From the NCBI GenBank assembly GCA_043758205.1, contig JAYVNY010000191.1, positions 21,581-85,580 of the forward strand: a DNA stretch of 64,000 nucleotides, read 5' to 3'. Positions 38,707-48,800 of the stretch are shown piece by piece. A program made the translations under genes and the position numbers. The notes under the pieces are model-generated. The model searched no databases. It was given only the letters and a program-made list of their open reading frames with translations, and had not been told where the DNA came from. This DNA is from Akkermansia sp. (GTDB taxonomy: Bacteria > Verrucomicrobiota > Verrucomicrobiia > Limisphaerales > SIBH01). Positions within the stretch are counted from its first letter, which is position 1; every line of letters starts with the position of its first letter.

Positions 38707-40080
38707 ATGAAAACGCTTCTACACTGGCTGCTGGCGCTCGCTTGCACAGCTCCGGCCTTTGCCGCCAACACCTTCGACATCCGCTCGCATGGCGCGAAAG
38801 GCGACGGCGCAACGCTCGACACCGCCGCGATTCAATCAGCCATCGATGCGTGCCGCGACGCGGGCGGCGGGCAGGTGTTGTTCCCCGCGGGGCGCTATCT
38901 CTCGGGCACGATTCATTTGCGCAGCGGCGTGACGCTGCATCTCGACGCGGGCGCGCGGCTCATCGGCACGACGAATCTAGCGCACTACGCGCAGCCCACG
39001 CCGCCGGCCTTCATGCCCGAAGCCAAGTGGGGCAAGTGGCATCGCGGTCTCATTGTCGGCGAGAATGTCGAGGACGTGGCCATCACGGGAACGGGCATCA
39101 TTGATGGCAACAAAGTCTTCGACCCGACGGGCGAGGAGCGGATGCGCGGGCCGCACACCATCATCTTCGTCAACTGCCGCCGGTTCACGCTGCGCGACGT
39201 GACGATGGTTGATGCGGCGAACTACGCCGTCTTTTTCCAGGCCAGCGACGACGTGGAGATTCGCAACGTGAAGTTCATCGGCGGCTGGGATGGCGTGCAT
39301 TGGCGCGGCGCACCCGAGCGCTGGTGCCAGAACGTGAACATCATCGGCTGCCAGTTCTTCACCGGCGACGACGCCATTGCGGGACGTTACTGGAACAACA
39401 CGGTCATCAAAGACTGCCTGATCAATTCCTCGTGCAATGGCATCCGGCTCATCGGTCCGGCCACGCGGCTGACCATCGCGAACAATTTGTTTCGCGGCCC
39501 CGGCGAAAAGCCGCATCGCACCTCCGGCGAGAAGCGCCGCACCAACATGCTTTCAGGAATCATCCTTCAACCCGGCGCGTGGGATGCCACGCGCGGCCCG
39601 CTCGACGACGTGCTCATCGCCAACAACGTCATGCAACACGTCGCCTCGCCCGTGACGCTTTGGACTAAGCCCGGCAACACCGTGGGCAAGGTCATCATCA
39701 GTGGACTCGACGCCACGGGTGTTTATCGTTCGGCGTTTTCGGCGGAGAGTTGGGCCAGCGAACCAATCACCAACGTGGTCCTGCGTGGCGTGCGCGTGGA
39801 ATTTTCCGGCGGCGGCAAGGGCTGGGCGACGAACCAAACCGTGCGCGGTCCCGGCGTCGATGCGCGACCGCTACCAGCGTGGGGTCTTTACGTTCGTAAC
39901 GTCGAGACGCTCACGCTGGAGGACGTGCGCTTCAGCCTCGCGGGCGACGACCTCCGCCCGGTCCTTCACGCCGAACGCGTGGTTCGATTGAACCTCGACA
40001 TCTTCAAGTTCACGCGCGTGCCGGGCGTGAACGAGCCGATGGTCACCACGAATGTGGGAAAGCTTTCCATCACTCCATGA
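38707..40080 (+). CDS. Secreted right-handed beta-helix glycoside hydrolase (GH28-like)
   Basis: The track ORF starts far upstream in another gene's frame. I use MKTLLHWLLALACTAPAFA at 38707 (ATGs at 38677/38686/38698 are also in frame). Motifs: FDIRSHGAKGDGATLDTAAIQSAIDAC, GIIDGN, FFTGDDAIAG. Confidence 0.85.
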   Translation: MKTLLHWLLALACTAPAFAANTFDIRSHGAKGDGATLDTAAIQSAIDACRDAGGGQVLFPAGRYLSGTIHLRSGVTLHLDAGARLIGTTNLAHYAQPTPPAFMPEAKWGKWHRGLIVGENVEDVAITGTGIIDGNKVFDPTGEERMRGPHTIIFVNCRRFTLRDVTMVDAANYAVFFQASDDVEIRNVKFIGGWDGVHWRGAPERWCQNVNIIGCQFFTGDDAIAGRYWNNTVIKDCLINSSCNGIRLIGPATRLTIANNLFRGPGEKPHRTSGEKRRTNMLSGIILQPGAWDATRGPLDDVLIANNVMQHVASPVTLWTKPGNTVGKVIISGLDATGVYRSAFSAESWASEPITNVVLRGVRVEFSGGGKGWATNQTVRGPGVDARPLPAWGLYVRNVETLTLEDVRFSLAGDDLRPVLHAERVVRLNLDIFKFTRVPGVNEPMVTTNVGKLSITP

Positions 40081-41540
40081 ACCGACGTGAATTCATCACT
40101 GCATCTGCCGCCGCGCTGGCGTTGCCTGTGGTGGGCTTGAGCGCCGAGGCGAGAAACATTTTCCAACAGCGCGGCTATTATCTCTGCTTCATGCGCATGC
40201 CGACGTTTGGGCTGGAGGTGTGGCGCGAAATCATTGATGGCGCGGCGGCGGATGGCGCGAACACGATCATCCTCTGGTTGGGCGGGGCGTTTCGCTCGAA
40301 GAAATTTCCCATCACCTGGCAGTGGGCGAAGGAGCACGAGAACGTGAAGGCCGACTTCGGTCGCGAACTTATCGCCCACGCGCATCGGCGCGGGATCAAG
40401 GTGCTGCTCGGCTTCACGCCCTTCGGCTACGACGGCGTGAATCAACTCCCGCTCGAAAAGCCCGAACTAAAAGCCGTCAGCAAAGATGGCAAGCCGGTGA
40501 ACGAATTCGGCATCGGTTGCTGGGGTTGGAACCTGTGTCCCGCGAAGACGGAGTCGCAGCGCTTCATGCGCGAGTATGCGCGCGAGATGGCGTTTGATTT
40601 TTATCCCGAAGCGGATGGCCTCTTCATCGAGTCGAGCGACTACGCCATCTGCCACTGCCCCGATTGCGGCCCCAAGTTTTTCGACCACGAGTTCGCTTTC
40701 GTCCGCGACATCTCGAACGAAGTCTGGGCGCGAAAGCCCGACGCGACGGTCGTGGTTTATCCGCATTACTTCTCCGGTGCGAAGCTGCGTTTCGCCTTCG
40801 CCGAGGCGACGGCGAGCAAGCAGCCCTTTGACCCGCGCTGGACGCTCTTCTTCACGCCGCACAGCGCGGCGCTGGAGCCGTCGCTCATCGCGAAAGCCCG
40901 CGGCGCTTGGTGGTGGAACGAAGCACCGTGCCGCTTCGATGTCGCGAACCTCCGCGCCGGTGTGAAGAAAGCACGCGACGCGAAGTGCAGCGGCTACGTC
41001 CCTTCACTCGAATGCTACAGCTATGTGCCGGTGAAAACCGAGTTCGGCGAACCGTGGCTCGTGGGCCAACGCCAAATCCCATTTGGCTTCGGCTGGTTGA
41101 AGGACGGCGCGAACCCGTATCGCGAACTGCCGGTACGCGCCATTCGCCTCGCCTTCCGCGAGCTGACCGCAAATCCCGACTTGCCTGACCCCGAACTTCG
41201 CGCGCGACTCGGACGCGAACTGTTCGGTGTGAACTGGCAGCCCGCGCAGATGGACGATTTGTTCGAGCTGTTCCGCGTCTTCAACACCGACCGCGACTGG
41301 TCCGTGCCTGGCGCGCTCACCACACCCGGTCTGGTGCGCAACCGCTCCGAGCGCGGCAAACTCGACGCCAAAAAACGCACGTTGCTGCGCGAACAACTAA
41401 ACCGCGTCCGCGCCATCGCCGCGCGTCACCGCGACTCGACGGGTGATGGCGCGAAGGAACTCCACCGCATTGCCCAATGGCTCGCTGACCGATGGACGCC
41501 CGAAAACTCCGCGCTGCTGAACGCGCCAGAGCCACAGTAG
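40077..41540 (+). CDS. TAT-exported protein of unknown family, putative TIM-barrel glycosidase
   Basis: Twin-arginine signal MNRREFITASAAALALPVVG. Alternating beta/alpha-like pattern (TIILWLGG, IKVLLGF, GLFIESSDY, VVVYPHYF). Cys cluster ICHCPDCG. The ATG overlaps the previous stop. Confidence 0.7.
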   Translation: MNRREFITASAAALALPVVGLSAEARNIFQQRGYYLCFMRMPTFGLEVWREIIDGAAADGANTIILWLGGAFRSKKFPITWQWAKEHENVKADFGRELIAHAHRRGIKVLLGFTPFGYDGVNQLPLEKPELKAVSKDGKPVNEFGIGCWGWNLCPAKTESQRFMREYAREMAFDFYPEADGLFIESSDYAICHCPDCGPKFFDHEFAFVRDISNEVWARKPDATVVVYPHYFSGAKLRFAFAEATASKQPFDPRWTLFFTPHSAALEPSLIAKARGAWWWNEAPCRFDVANLRAGVKKARDAKCSGYVPSLECYSYVPVKTEFGEPWLVGQRQIPFGFGWLKDGANPYRELPVRAIRLAFRELTANPDLPDPELRARLGRELFGVNWQPAQMDDLFELFRVFNTDRDWSVPGALTTPGLVRNRSERGKLDAKKRTLLREQLNRVRAIAARHRDSTGDGAKELHRIAQWLADRWTPENSALLNAPEPQ

Positions 41541-41693
41541 TCACTGGACGGCAGGAGCACCCGGTGCCCAATTCCATTGGGATTGTTCGAGGCCAGCCCC
41601 CATCCGCTACTTCGCCGCCGGCCCGGACTTCCAGCCGTCCACGGTGAATTCGCCGTGAATGTGGCTGCGTTTCCCCTGACGGTCCTGGATGCC

Positions 41694-41890
41694 TTAGCCG
41701 GAACCATGCAGTCCAAAACGATGCCAGACACCGCCGAGGCGGGAAGGGCGCAGAGAAGACAACCTTTCTCTCCTTTGGCTTCGGCCCACTATTTGGTGGG
41801 CGGCCTGCGGTTTCCAGTTCCGCTCTTTCTCTGCGACCTTCCCGCCTCGGCGGTGCCTTCCCGCTTTTCCGACGGCATGGTTCCGGCTAA
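41694..41890. repeat. Long imperfect palindrome (~80-nt arms) in a convergent intergenic region
   Basis: The left arm is TTAGCCGGAACCATGC...CACCGCCGAGGCGGGAAGGGCGCAGAGAAG. The right arm is its reverse complement, CTTTCTCTGCGACCTTCCCGCCTCGGCGGTG...GCATGGTTCCGGCTAA. The centre is GCCCAC-TATTTG-GTGGGC. Confidence 0.6.
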
Positions 41891-41921
41891 AACGCAGAGG
41901 CCGCAAAAGGGGACTGGGCAT

Positions 41922-42539
41922 TCAATGATGCGCGGCCAAGGCTGCGGCCACATCGGCGGCTCCCTGTTGCGCCGCGAGTGCGGCGGCATCGTTGCCGGAC
42001 GTGTCTTTGGCTTTGGCGTTGGCACCATTGTTCAGCAGCAGCTTCACGGCGGCGAAGCGGCCGGTGAGCGAGGCGAACATGAGCGCGGTCTGGCCGCTCA
42101 TGTTGCGATGATTGACGGTGGCTCCTGCGGCGATGAGTTGCTGCATGATGTCCGTGTAGCCTTTGAAGCTGGCTCCGGTGAGCGCGGTGAAGCCCATTTT
42201 GTTTTGGAAGTCCACCGGCACATTCGGCTGCGCCAGCACCAGCTTCACGAGATCGGGATAGCCGTGGTAAGCCGCGACGATGAGCAGACTGTCGCCGCGC
42301 GGGCTGACGATGTTCGGTGTATATCCAGCATCCAGATACAACTTCAGCGCCTCGGTCTCGCCGTTGCGAGCGTGATCGAAGATAAGCGTTAATAACTCGG
42401 CTCCGGGTTGCTTGCGCGCGTCCTTCACGACGACCACCACAGGAGATGGATTGAGCCATGCGGTGATAAGCGAGGTGGCGGCCAGGCTCAACACGACGAA
42501 CAGGAAAACGCGCACGGAGGTGAGTTTGAAGAAACGCAT
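41922..42539 (-). CDS. ankB: Membrane-anchored ankyrin-repeat protein (AnkB-like, catalase-associated)
   Basis: ATG at 42539 (MRFFKLTSVRVFLFVVLSLAATSLITAWL). Ankyrin repeats: GDSLLIVAAYHGYPDLVKLVL, GFTALTGASFKGYTDIMQQLIAAGATVN, GQTALMFASLTGRFAAVKLLLNNGAN. It lies directly downstream of the catalase. Confidence 0.85.
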   Translation of the reverse strand: MRFFKLTSVRVFLFVVLSLAATSLITAWLNPSPVVVVVKDARKQPGAELLTLIFDHARNGETEALKLYLDAGYTPNIVSPRGDSLLIVAAYHGYPDLVKLVLAQPNVPVDFQNKMGFTALTGASFKGYTDIMQQLIAAGATVNHRNMSGQTALMFASLTGRFAAVKLLLNNGANAKAKDTSGNDAAALAAQQGAADVAAALAAHH

Positions 42540-42555
42540 GATGGTATCAAATGAA

Positions 42556-42584
42556 GCCCTGCCTCTCGTCACGAGAGGCAGGGC
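42556..42584 (-). terminator. Perfect 13-bp hairpin between the catalase and ankyrin genes
   Basis: GCCCTGCCTCTCG-TCA-CGAGAGGCAGGGC. On the transcribed strand it is followed by TTCATTT. It could be a partial terminator or an mRNA-processing/stability element. Confidence 0.5.
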
Positions 42585-42596
42585 ATGCTTCATCAG

Positions 42597-44147
42597 TTAC
42601 TCGGCCAGCTTGTCTGCGACCGCTTTCACTTTCGCGACCTCAAGACCTGCGGCGGTGGCGACACCAGTGCCGTAGGCTACGTCAGCCTTGTAAGCGAAGG
42701 CCGCCATGCGGGTCTTCACGCCTTCATCTTTCACCCCGGCAAGAGTGCCGCCGAAGGTCGCGATCAGGTGGTCCTGGTCTTCCTTGCTGAAGTCGCGGAA
42801 TTTCTCACCCGCCTGGCGGAAGTTGAGCGTCTTTTTGGTCGGACGCTGCTGCGTCGTGCCAGTCAGCGGGCGCGTGCTGTAGGAATAGTCCGCGTCCTCT
42901 TTGAAAGAACCGGTCGCGATGCTTGGCTCGTAGTTCACATTGTTCTTCGTGTGTCCTGAGTTCGCAGCACCGTCCTGGTTGTTACTACGCACAGAGGCGA
43001 GCGGGCGATTGATCCGCAATTGATTGCCGTTCGGCCCCACGCGGTGGAGTTGGGTATCTGCATAGCTGAACATGCGGCCTTGCAGCAGGCGGTCTTCACT
43101 GGCTTCAATGCCTGGAACCAAGTTGGCCGGGGCAAATGCGCTCTGCTCCGTCTCTTGGAAGAAGTTATCGGGCATCCGGTTGAGCGTCATCTTGCCAATC
43201 GTTTTGAAAGCCACCCCGCGCCATTCTTTCGTCGCGTCGAGACCGTCGTAGTCCAGCTTGTCGAGTTCCGCCTGGGTCATCAAAGCCACCCGCAGTTCCC
43301 ACGAAGGGAAGTTGCCCTTGGCCACGGCGGCATACATGTCGGTGGTGTAGAGATTGAAATCGTCCGCCTGCGCTTGCTGCGCCTGAGCCGCGGTGAGGTT
43401 CTTGACGCCTTGTTGAGTGATCCAGCGGAATTTGACATAGGTGGTCTCGCCTTTGGCGTTGAGGAACTTGTAGGCGTGGACGCTGTTGCCATCCATCTGA
43501 CGGTAGTTCGCGGGCGTGCCGAGGTCGCTGAAGAGATGCGTCCACATGTGGATGCTCTCCGGCGTGTGGCTCATGAAATCCAGGAAGCGGTTCGCGTCCT
43601 GGCGGTTGTCCACCGGACTTGGCTTCAAGGAGTGAACCATGTCGGGGAACTTGATCGCATCCCGGATGAAGAAGACGGGCAGGTTGTTCCCCACGAGGTC
43701 CCAATTGCCTTCAGTCGTGTAGAACTTCGTCGCGAAACCCCGCGGGTCCCGCAGGGTCTCGGGCGAATGATTGCCATGAATGACGGCGGAGAAACGGACG
43801 AAGACAGGCGTCTTCTTGCCGCCGCCGGAAAATAACGCGGCACGCGTCACCGACGACATGTCTTCTGTGGAGACGAACTCACCATGCACACCGGTGCCCC
43901 GCGCGTGGACGACGCGCTCGGGAATGCGCTCGCGATCAAACCGCTGCAGCTTCTGGATCAGATGCACATCATCGAGGAGCACTGCTCCATCGGGTCCGGC
44001 GGTCTTGGAGTTTTGGTTGTTGCCCACGGGGGCACCGTTGTCCCGCGTCAGAGTCTGCGCGGAGAGAGGGTTGACGGCCAAGGCGGCCAGGGTGAGGGCG
44101 ACGAGTTGTAGTAATGGTTTCATAGGCACGGGAAAATTTTTACCCAC
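42597..44147 (-). CDS. katB: Monofunctional heme catalase with signal peptide
   Basis: RFDRERIPERVVHARGTGVHGEF, the catalase proximal-region pattern. Signal-like MKPLLQLVALTLAALAVNPLSA (ATG at 44123; the track GTG is at 44147). The symbol is assigned by analogy to katB-ankB synteny only. Confidence 0.95.
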   Translation of the reverse strand: MGKNFPVPMKPLLQLVALTLAALAVNPLSAQTLTRDNGAPVGNNQNSKTAGPDGAVLLDDVHLIQKLQRFDRERIPERVVHARGTGVHGEFVSTEDMSSVTRAALFSGGGKKTPVFVRFSAVIHGNHSPETLRDPRGFATKFYTTEGNWDLVGNNLPVFFIRDAIKFPDMVHSLKPSPVDNRQDANRFLDFMSHTPESIHMWTHLFSDLGTPANYRQMDGNSVHAYKFLNAKGETTYVKFRWITQQGVKNLTAAQAQQAQADDFNLYTTDMYAAVAKGNFPSWELRVALMTQAELDKLDYDGLDATKEWRGVAFKTIGKMTLNRMPDNFFQETEQSAFAPANLVPGIEASEDRLLQGRMFSYADTQLHRVGPNGNQLRINRPLASVRSNNQDGAANSGHTKNNVNYEPSIATGSFKEDADYSYSTRPLTGTTQQRPTKKTLNFRQAGEKFRDFSKEDQDHLIATFGGTLAGVKDEGVKTRMAAFAYKADVAYGTGVATAAGLEVAKVKAVADKLAE

Positions 44148-44204
44148 GCCGGTTCGATTGATCTAGTTCACAAAACAGACAAGACCGATATACTCAGTCA
44201 ATCA

Positions 44205-45071
44205 ATGAACTTCCGTGATCTCGAATATCTCGTCGCCGTCGCTGACCTCCGGCACTTCGGACAGGCCGCCACGCACTGCCATGTCAGCCAGAGCGCCCTG
44301 AGCCTCCAGTTGCAAAAGCTCGAAGCAGAACTGGGCGTCCAACTCATCGAGCGCACCAGCCGTCGCGTCGTGGTGGCACCTGCGGGCCGGGCGCTGGTGG
44401 AGCGGGCGCGGAGCATCCTTCTCTCGAAACAGGAGCTGCTCGACGACGCCGCGCTTGAGGTCGGCCAGATGCCAGCCACGATCACGCTGGGGATGATTCC
44501 GACCATCGCGCCCTATCAAATCGGCGCGGTGCTCCGGGGGATGAAGCAGAGGTATCCAGGTACCTCTTTGAACTTCGTCGAAGACATCACACAGAACCTG
44601 GTGCAGAGCACCGCGCGTGGTGAACTGGACGCGGCGATCGTGGCCACCGCAACCGATGACACACTGATCGCCGAGACCAACCTCGGCCACGACGAACTGT
44701 TGCTCGCGGTCGCCCGGACGCACCGGCTCGCCGCGCAAGCGCACGTCGAACCCAAACAACTCCAGAAAGAAACGATGCTGCTGCTGAAGGACGGCCATTG
44801 CCTGAGCGAGCAGGCCATCGGCTTCTGCACCGCCAAGCGGACGGGGGCCGCGCTGATCTCCATCGCCGCGAGCATCGAGACCTTGAAAGCGATGATCCGC
44901 GCCGGCCTGGGCGTGACGCTGATCCCACGCATGGCCATCGCCGCCGCACCGCCCGACAAGAGCTTGGTCTTCCTGCTCCTCAAGCCAGCGCCCTCGAGAA
45001 CCATTCGCCTCATCACGCGCAAGACCTCGCGCCTCGGCCCGCTGCTGCAAGCAGCACTGAAATGGCAGTGA
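44205..45071 (+). CDS. oxyR: LysR-family peroxide sensor OxyR
   Basis: HTH FRDLEYLVAVADLRHFGQAATHCHVSQSALSLQLQKLE. The redox Cys pair is in LLLKDGHCLSEQAIGFC, matching E. coli GHCLRDQAMGFC. It is divergent from the catalase. Confidence 0.9.
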   Translation: MNFRDLEYLVAVADLRHFGQAATHCHVSQSALSLQLQKLEAELGVQLIERTSRRVVVAPAGRALVERARSILLSKQELLDDAALEVGQMPATITLGMIPTIAPYQIGAVLRGMKQRYPGTSLNFVEDITQNLVQSTARGELDAAIVATATDDTLIAETNLGHDELLLAVARTHRLAAQAHVEPKQLQKETMLLLKDGHCLSEQAIGFCTAKRTGAALISIAASIETLKAMIRAGLGVTLIPRMAIAAAPPDKSLVFLLLKPAPSRTIRLITRKTSRLGPLLQAALKWQ

Positions 45072-45174
45072 CGACCTATTGAGCCTCGGGCCATTGGGTG
45101 ACACGGCAGAAGGCAGAATGGATCGCGGGCTTTAGCCCTTGTCATGACCCACATCTTGCCGAGCGCGGCGTTCC

Positions 45175-45306
45175 CCCTCACCCCGGCCCTCTCCCGCTGG
45201 GAGAGGGAGAACCGCATCCAGTCTCCTTCGTAAGAGGCGTGCTTTTCCGGTCTGGACGCGGGCGGACTGGCTCCCTCTCCCCTGGGGCGAGGGCTGGGGT
45301 GAGGGG
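45175..45306. repeat. Inverted pair of REP-like palindromic units (LTPALSP..GEGE-type)
   Basis: CCCTCACCCCGGCCCTCTCCCGCTGGGAGAGGGAGA at 45175-45210. The reverse-oriented TCCCTCTCCCCTGGGGCGAGGGCTGGGGTGAGGGG is at ~45271-45306. The same unit recurs at ~55079 and ~55910. Confidence 0.6.
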
Positions 45307-45826
45307 AATGGGACGTGCGGCTCACGGCGCGTTCCCCTCGATTACGTCCCGTTGGGGCTGAAAAAACAACGGTCGGTGCTGTGGGTAATGGAAAGGGCTT
45401 TAGCCCGCTGCACCGTGAAAAAGCCCAGCGGGCCAGGATGTTTCAAGCGCTCGGGATGGTGAACAGTGAAGCGGCCTCGAGGCCGCGCTCCGTCACCGTA
45501 TTGCGCGAGCCTCAATAAAATGCAGCAGCTTCCTCACCCTTCAGGGGCGCAACGGCTCGGGGAAAATCATTCAGCGCGCCATGCGGTTGTTGGCCGCGCC
45601 CTCGGCGGGTTCGGCCCCGATTAGGAAGAGGACGAAGAGCAGTCCGGCGAGACGCAGCCAAGGGGAGTCGGGCGTGGTCGCGGCGGCAAAGGAACGGTTT
45701 TGCTTTGGGATAATCACCTGACGACCCTCACGAGGCTCCGAAACACCAGCAAGCAAAAGAACCCGGAGACTGGCCAGGGATTCAGCGGCGCGACGTGTTC
45801 GAGGCGGTGCCGCCGCGCGTGGCTGG

Positions 45827-48800
45827 TTAACGAGGCGGGAACTCCGCCAACAATTTTCCGCCCTTCCCATCCCAGGCGCGCAGCACGCCGTCCGCGCCGC
45901 CACCGAGCACGATGCGTCCGTCGGCGCTGGCCGCCACGGCGTTCACGAATTCGCCCGCGCCGGCAAACGCGCGCACCTTGTCGCCCTTGTCCTTGAGCAG
46001 CGCCACCTGGCCGTCGGCGGAGACCAGCACGACCTCGTCGCTCACGCCGATGAAGGCGGCGGCGGTCACTTCTTTGCCGAAGCCTTCGAGATTTTTTTTC
46101 CGCTCGCCCGTGGTCGCATCCCAGACCTTGGCCACGTTGTCCGCGCCGGTGGTGATGAGTGTCCGTCCGTCGCGCTTCCAAGCGATGCCCATGACGTGAT
46201 GCGTGTGACCCTCGAAGGTCTTGAGGATTTTGCCGGTGCCGAGTTCCACCGTCCGGGCCATGCGGTCGGCGGCGCCGGAGGCAATCAGCCTTCCGTCGGC
46301 CGAGATGTCCAGCGCCAGCACCGAGTCGCTGTGGACGTTCGGGAAATCGCGGACGAGCGTGCCGTCCTTCACGCGCCACAGTTTGATCTCCCCGCCGCGC
46401 GTAGGCTCGCCGCCGCCGGTGAGCAGGTGCTGTCCGTCGGGCGTGAAGCGCAGTGCGTTCACGCGATCGGCCAGGGGTAAAAGGGGGCTGTTGTTTCCGA
46501 GGGCGCGTTCCAGCGTCCAGTTATCAGCGGGAACAATTCCCGCGCCGCCGTTCGCGCCGGAGGACACCACGGTTTCGCCGAGCAGGGCCAGGCGTTTAAT
46601 CGCCACCCCGGTCGGCAGCGAAGCAATGGCCGCCCCGGTGTCACCGTGCCAAAGTCGCGCCACGCCATCGTCGCCAGCCGTGATCAACTGTGATCCGTCC
46701 GCCGAGAACGTGACCGCCCGGACGGCGCGTTCGGTGGTGGCCAGCGATTGCTTCGCCGTGTTCAACGTTTTGCTGGCCTGGGTCAGCGCGGTCTCGGTGC
46801 CGGTGAGTGCGGTCCTGGCTTCGCTCAATGTGGACTCCGACTTCTTCACCGCGGCCGCCGCCAGGGCCAGTTCGTGTTCCGCAAAGGACTGGGGCGGCGC
46901 GGCTTTCTCCACGGCCTTTTCCGCGTCCTTCACAGTCTTGGTTGCGGCGGTGAGTTTCTCCGTCGTCTCCTTGTGCTTCTTGCGATCTTCGGCGGGAACT
47001 TTTTCCAGAGCGGCCCTGGCGTTGGTGAGGGTCATGGATTTTTCCTCCGCCTCGGTGGTGAGCTTGGCCACCTTGTCCTTGTCGTCCTTCGCCGCTTTCG
47101 CCAGCGCGGTGGCGTTGGTGGATTCCTTCTCGGCGGACTGGATGGCCTCGGTGAGTTTCTTAATCTCCGGACCGAGTTCATCGAGGGCCTTCTCGGCCAC
47201 GCGCTGCGCGGTGAGCGCGTTGGTCAGCGCCTCGCGCTTCTCGCCCAGAATTTTCGCCAGCGCCGCATTGGTGTCGGCGGCTTTTTGCTGGCGCGTGACG
47301 GCGTTGGCCCGGTTGGTCTCCGCCGTCTGGAGCGCGGCTTGGCGGAAATCCATTTCGGATTTGGCGAAGATCAGTTCGCGCTCCCGATCCGCGAGGAGAA
47401 ACGCCGCCGCGCTATCGCCCTTCAACTCGGCGACCGGGTTCGTCATGCCGATGCGCCAGAGCTTCGCTGAGTTTCCTCCGGCGGTGGCGAACACTTTTCC
47501 ATCCGGTCGCAGGGCCAGCGCGATTAGCCCGCCGTCGTGTCGGGCTTCGAAGATCGCCTTGCTGGTGGCGATGTCCCAAACACGCACCGAGCCATCGGCG
47601 CTGCCGGCCAGCAGCAGGTTGGTTCCCGCCGGGCTGGCTTCGAGCAACGTGATCGGCGTGGGCGACTTGAATTCCTTCTCGATGGCGAGCGCGCCGCCAT
47701 TTGTGGCCGCGCGTAAAATGCGAACTGCGCCGTCCGCGCCAGCCACCGCGAACTGATTCGTCCCCAGGCAGGCGAGCGCGGCAATTTCATCCGGCAACTG
47801 AAGCGCGCCGTTGGTGCCGAGCGATGGGACACTCACCAGTTGAAGGAGGTTGCTCCGCGCCAAAACCAGTTGGCGGCTCCCCGGGACAAACTTCAACGAA
47901 CTGATGCGCACCCCCGTGGCCACGGACTTCACGATTTTGCCGCCCGCGTCGAGCAGCCTGAGTTCGCCATTCGTCGAGACGGTGGCGACCCACTTCGCGT
48001 CGTAACTGGCCGCGAGCACATCATGGCCCGCCGGGAGTTTGAACTTCGTCGCCGGCTTCGCGCGCCGCCACAGCTTCACGTCGCGGTAGCCGCCCGAGGC
48101 GAGCACTTCGCCGTCAGGGCTGAAGGCCAGCGAGTTGATGGTGTCGCGATGCGCCGCGCCGGCATTGCTCGATTTCTGCAACTGCGGATCGTTCAACCGC
48201 GCCGCGAGCTTCCCGGTCGGCAGGTGATAGATGAAAATCTGGTTGCCCCGGCCGCACGCGGCGAACTGCCCGTCGCGCGTGAGGGCCACCGCGTAAATCG
48301 AGTTCAAACCCGCCGGCAGTGGTCGCCAGACGATGGGCGCAACCGGACGCACTTCGCCTTTGGCGCCCTGCTCGATCCAGAGTTGAACGAGACCCAGTTC
48401 TTCCGGCGTGAGCGCGGAAGCGGCGACCTTGTTGTCAGCGGGCGGCATGATCAACTCCGGGTCCAGATGCGCGGCCGCCTTGAGCAGCAGGCTTTCCGCC
48501 GGCTTCTTCGGCACGACCGCCGCGCCGCCGTCACCGCCTTTGAGAATCGTCTGGGGCGTTTCGAGAATCAGGGCGCCCTTGGCCTTGGTCTGGTTGTGGC
48601 AGGCCAGGCAGTTGTTGTTCAGGATGGGGAGAATCTCCCTTTCAAAGTCCACCGGCCCGGCGTGTTTGATCTTCGCGATGGGGATGGACTTGGTGGCGGC
48701 GGGATCAGCGGCGTGCGCGGGCGCGAGGCAGAGAAATCCGAAGATGGCGGAGGCAAGGAAGGGGAAATGAGGAATGACGAATGACGAATGATGAAGGCAG

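Noticed and set aside
44140-44204. GGTTCGATT (T-loop-like) string and possible OxyR box in the katB-oxyR intergenic region
   Set aside because: The surrounding sequence cannot be folded into a tRNA cloverleaf. I see an ATTGA...TCAAT dyad but cannot match the four-element OxyR motif with confidence, so neither is reported as a feature.
45571-45903. 110-aa minus-strand ORF whose C-terminus has one hydrophobic segment (WLRLAGLLFVLFLIG)
   Set aside because: It overlaps the 3' end of the WD40 gene, and its upstream two thirds look non-coding. A ~47-aa GTG-initiated peptide is conceivable but unsupported.
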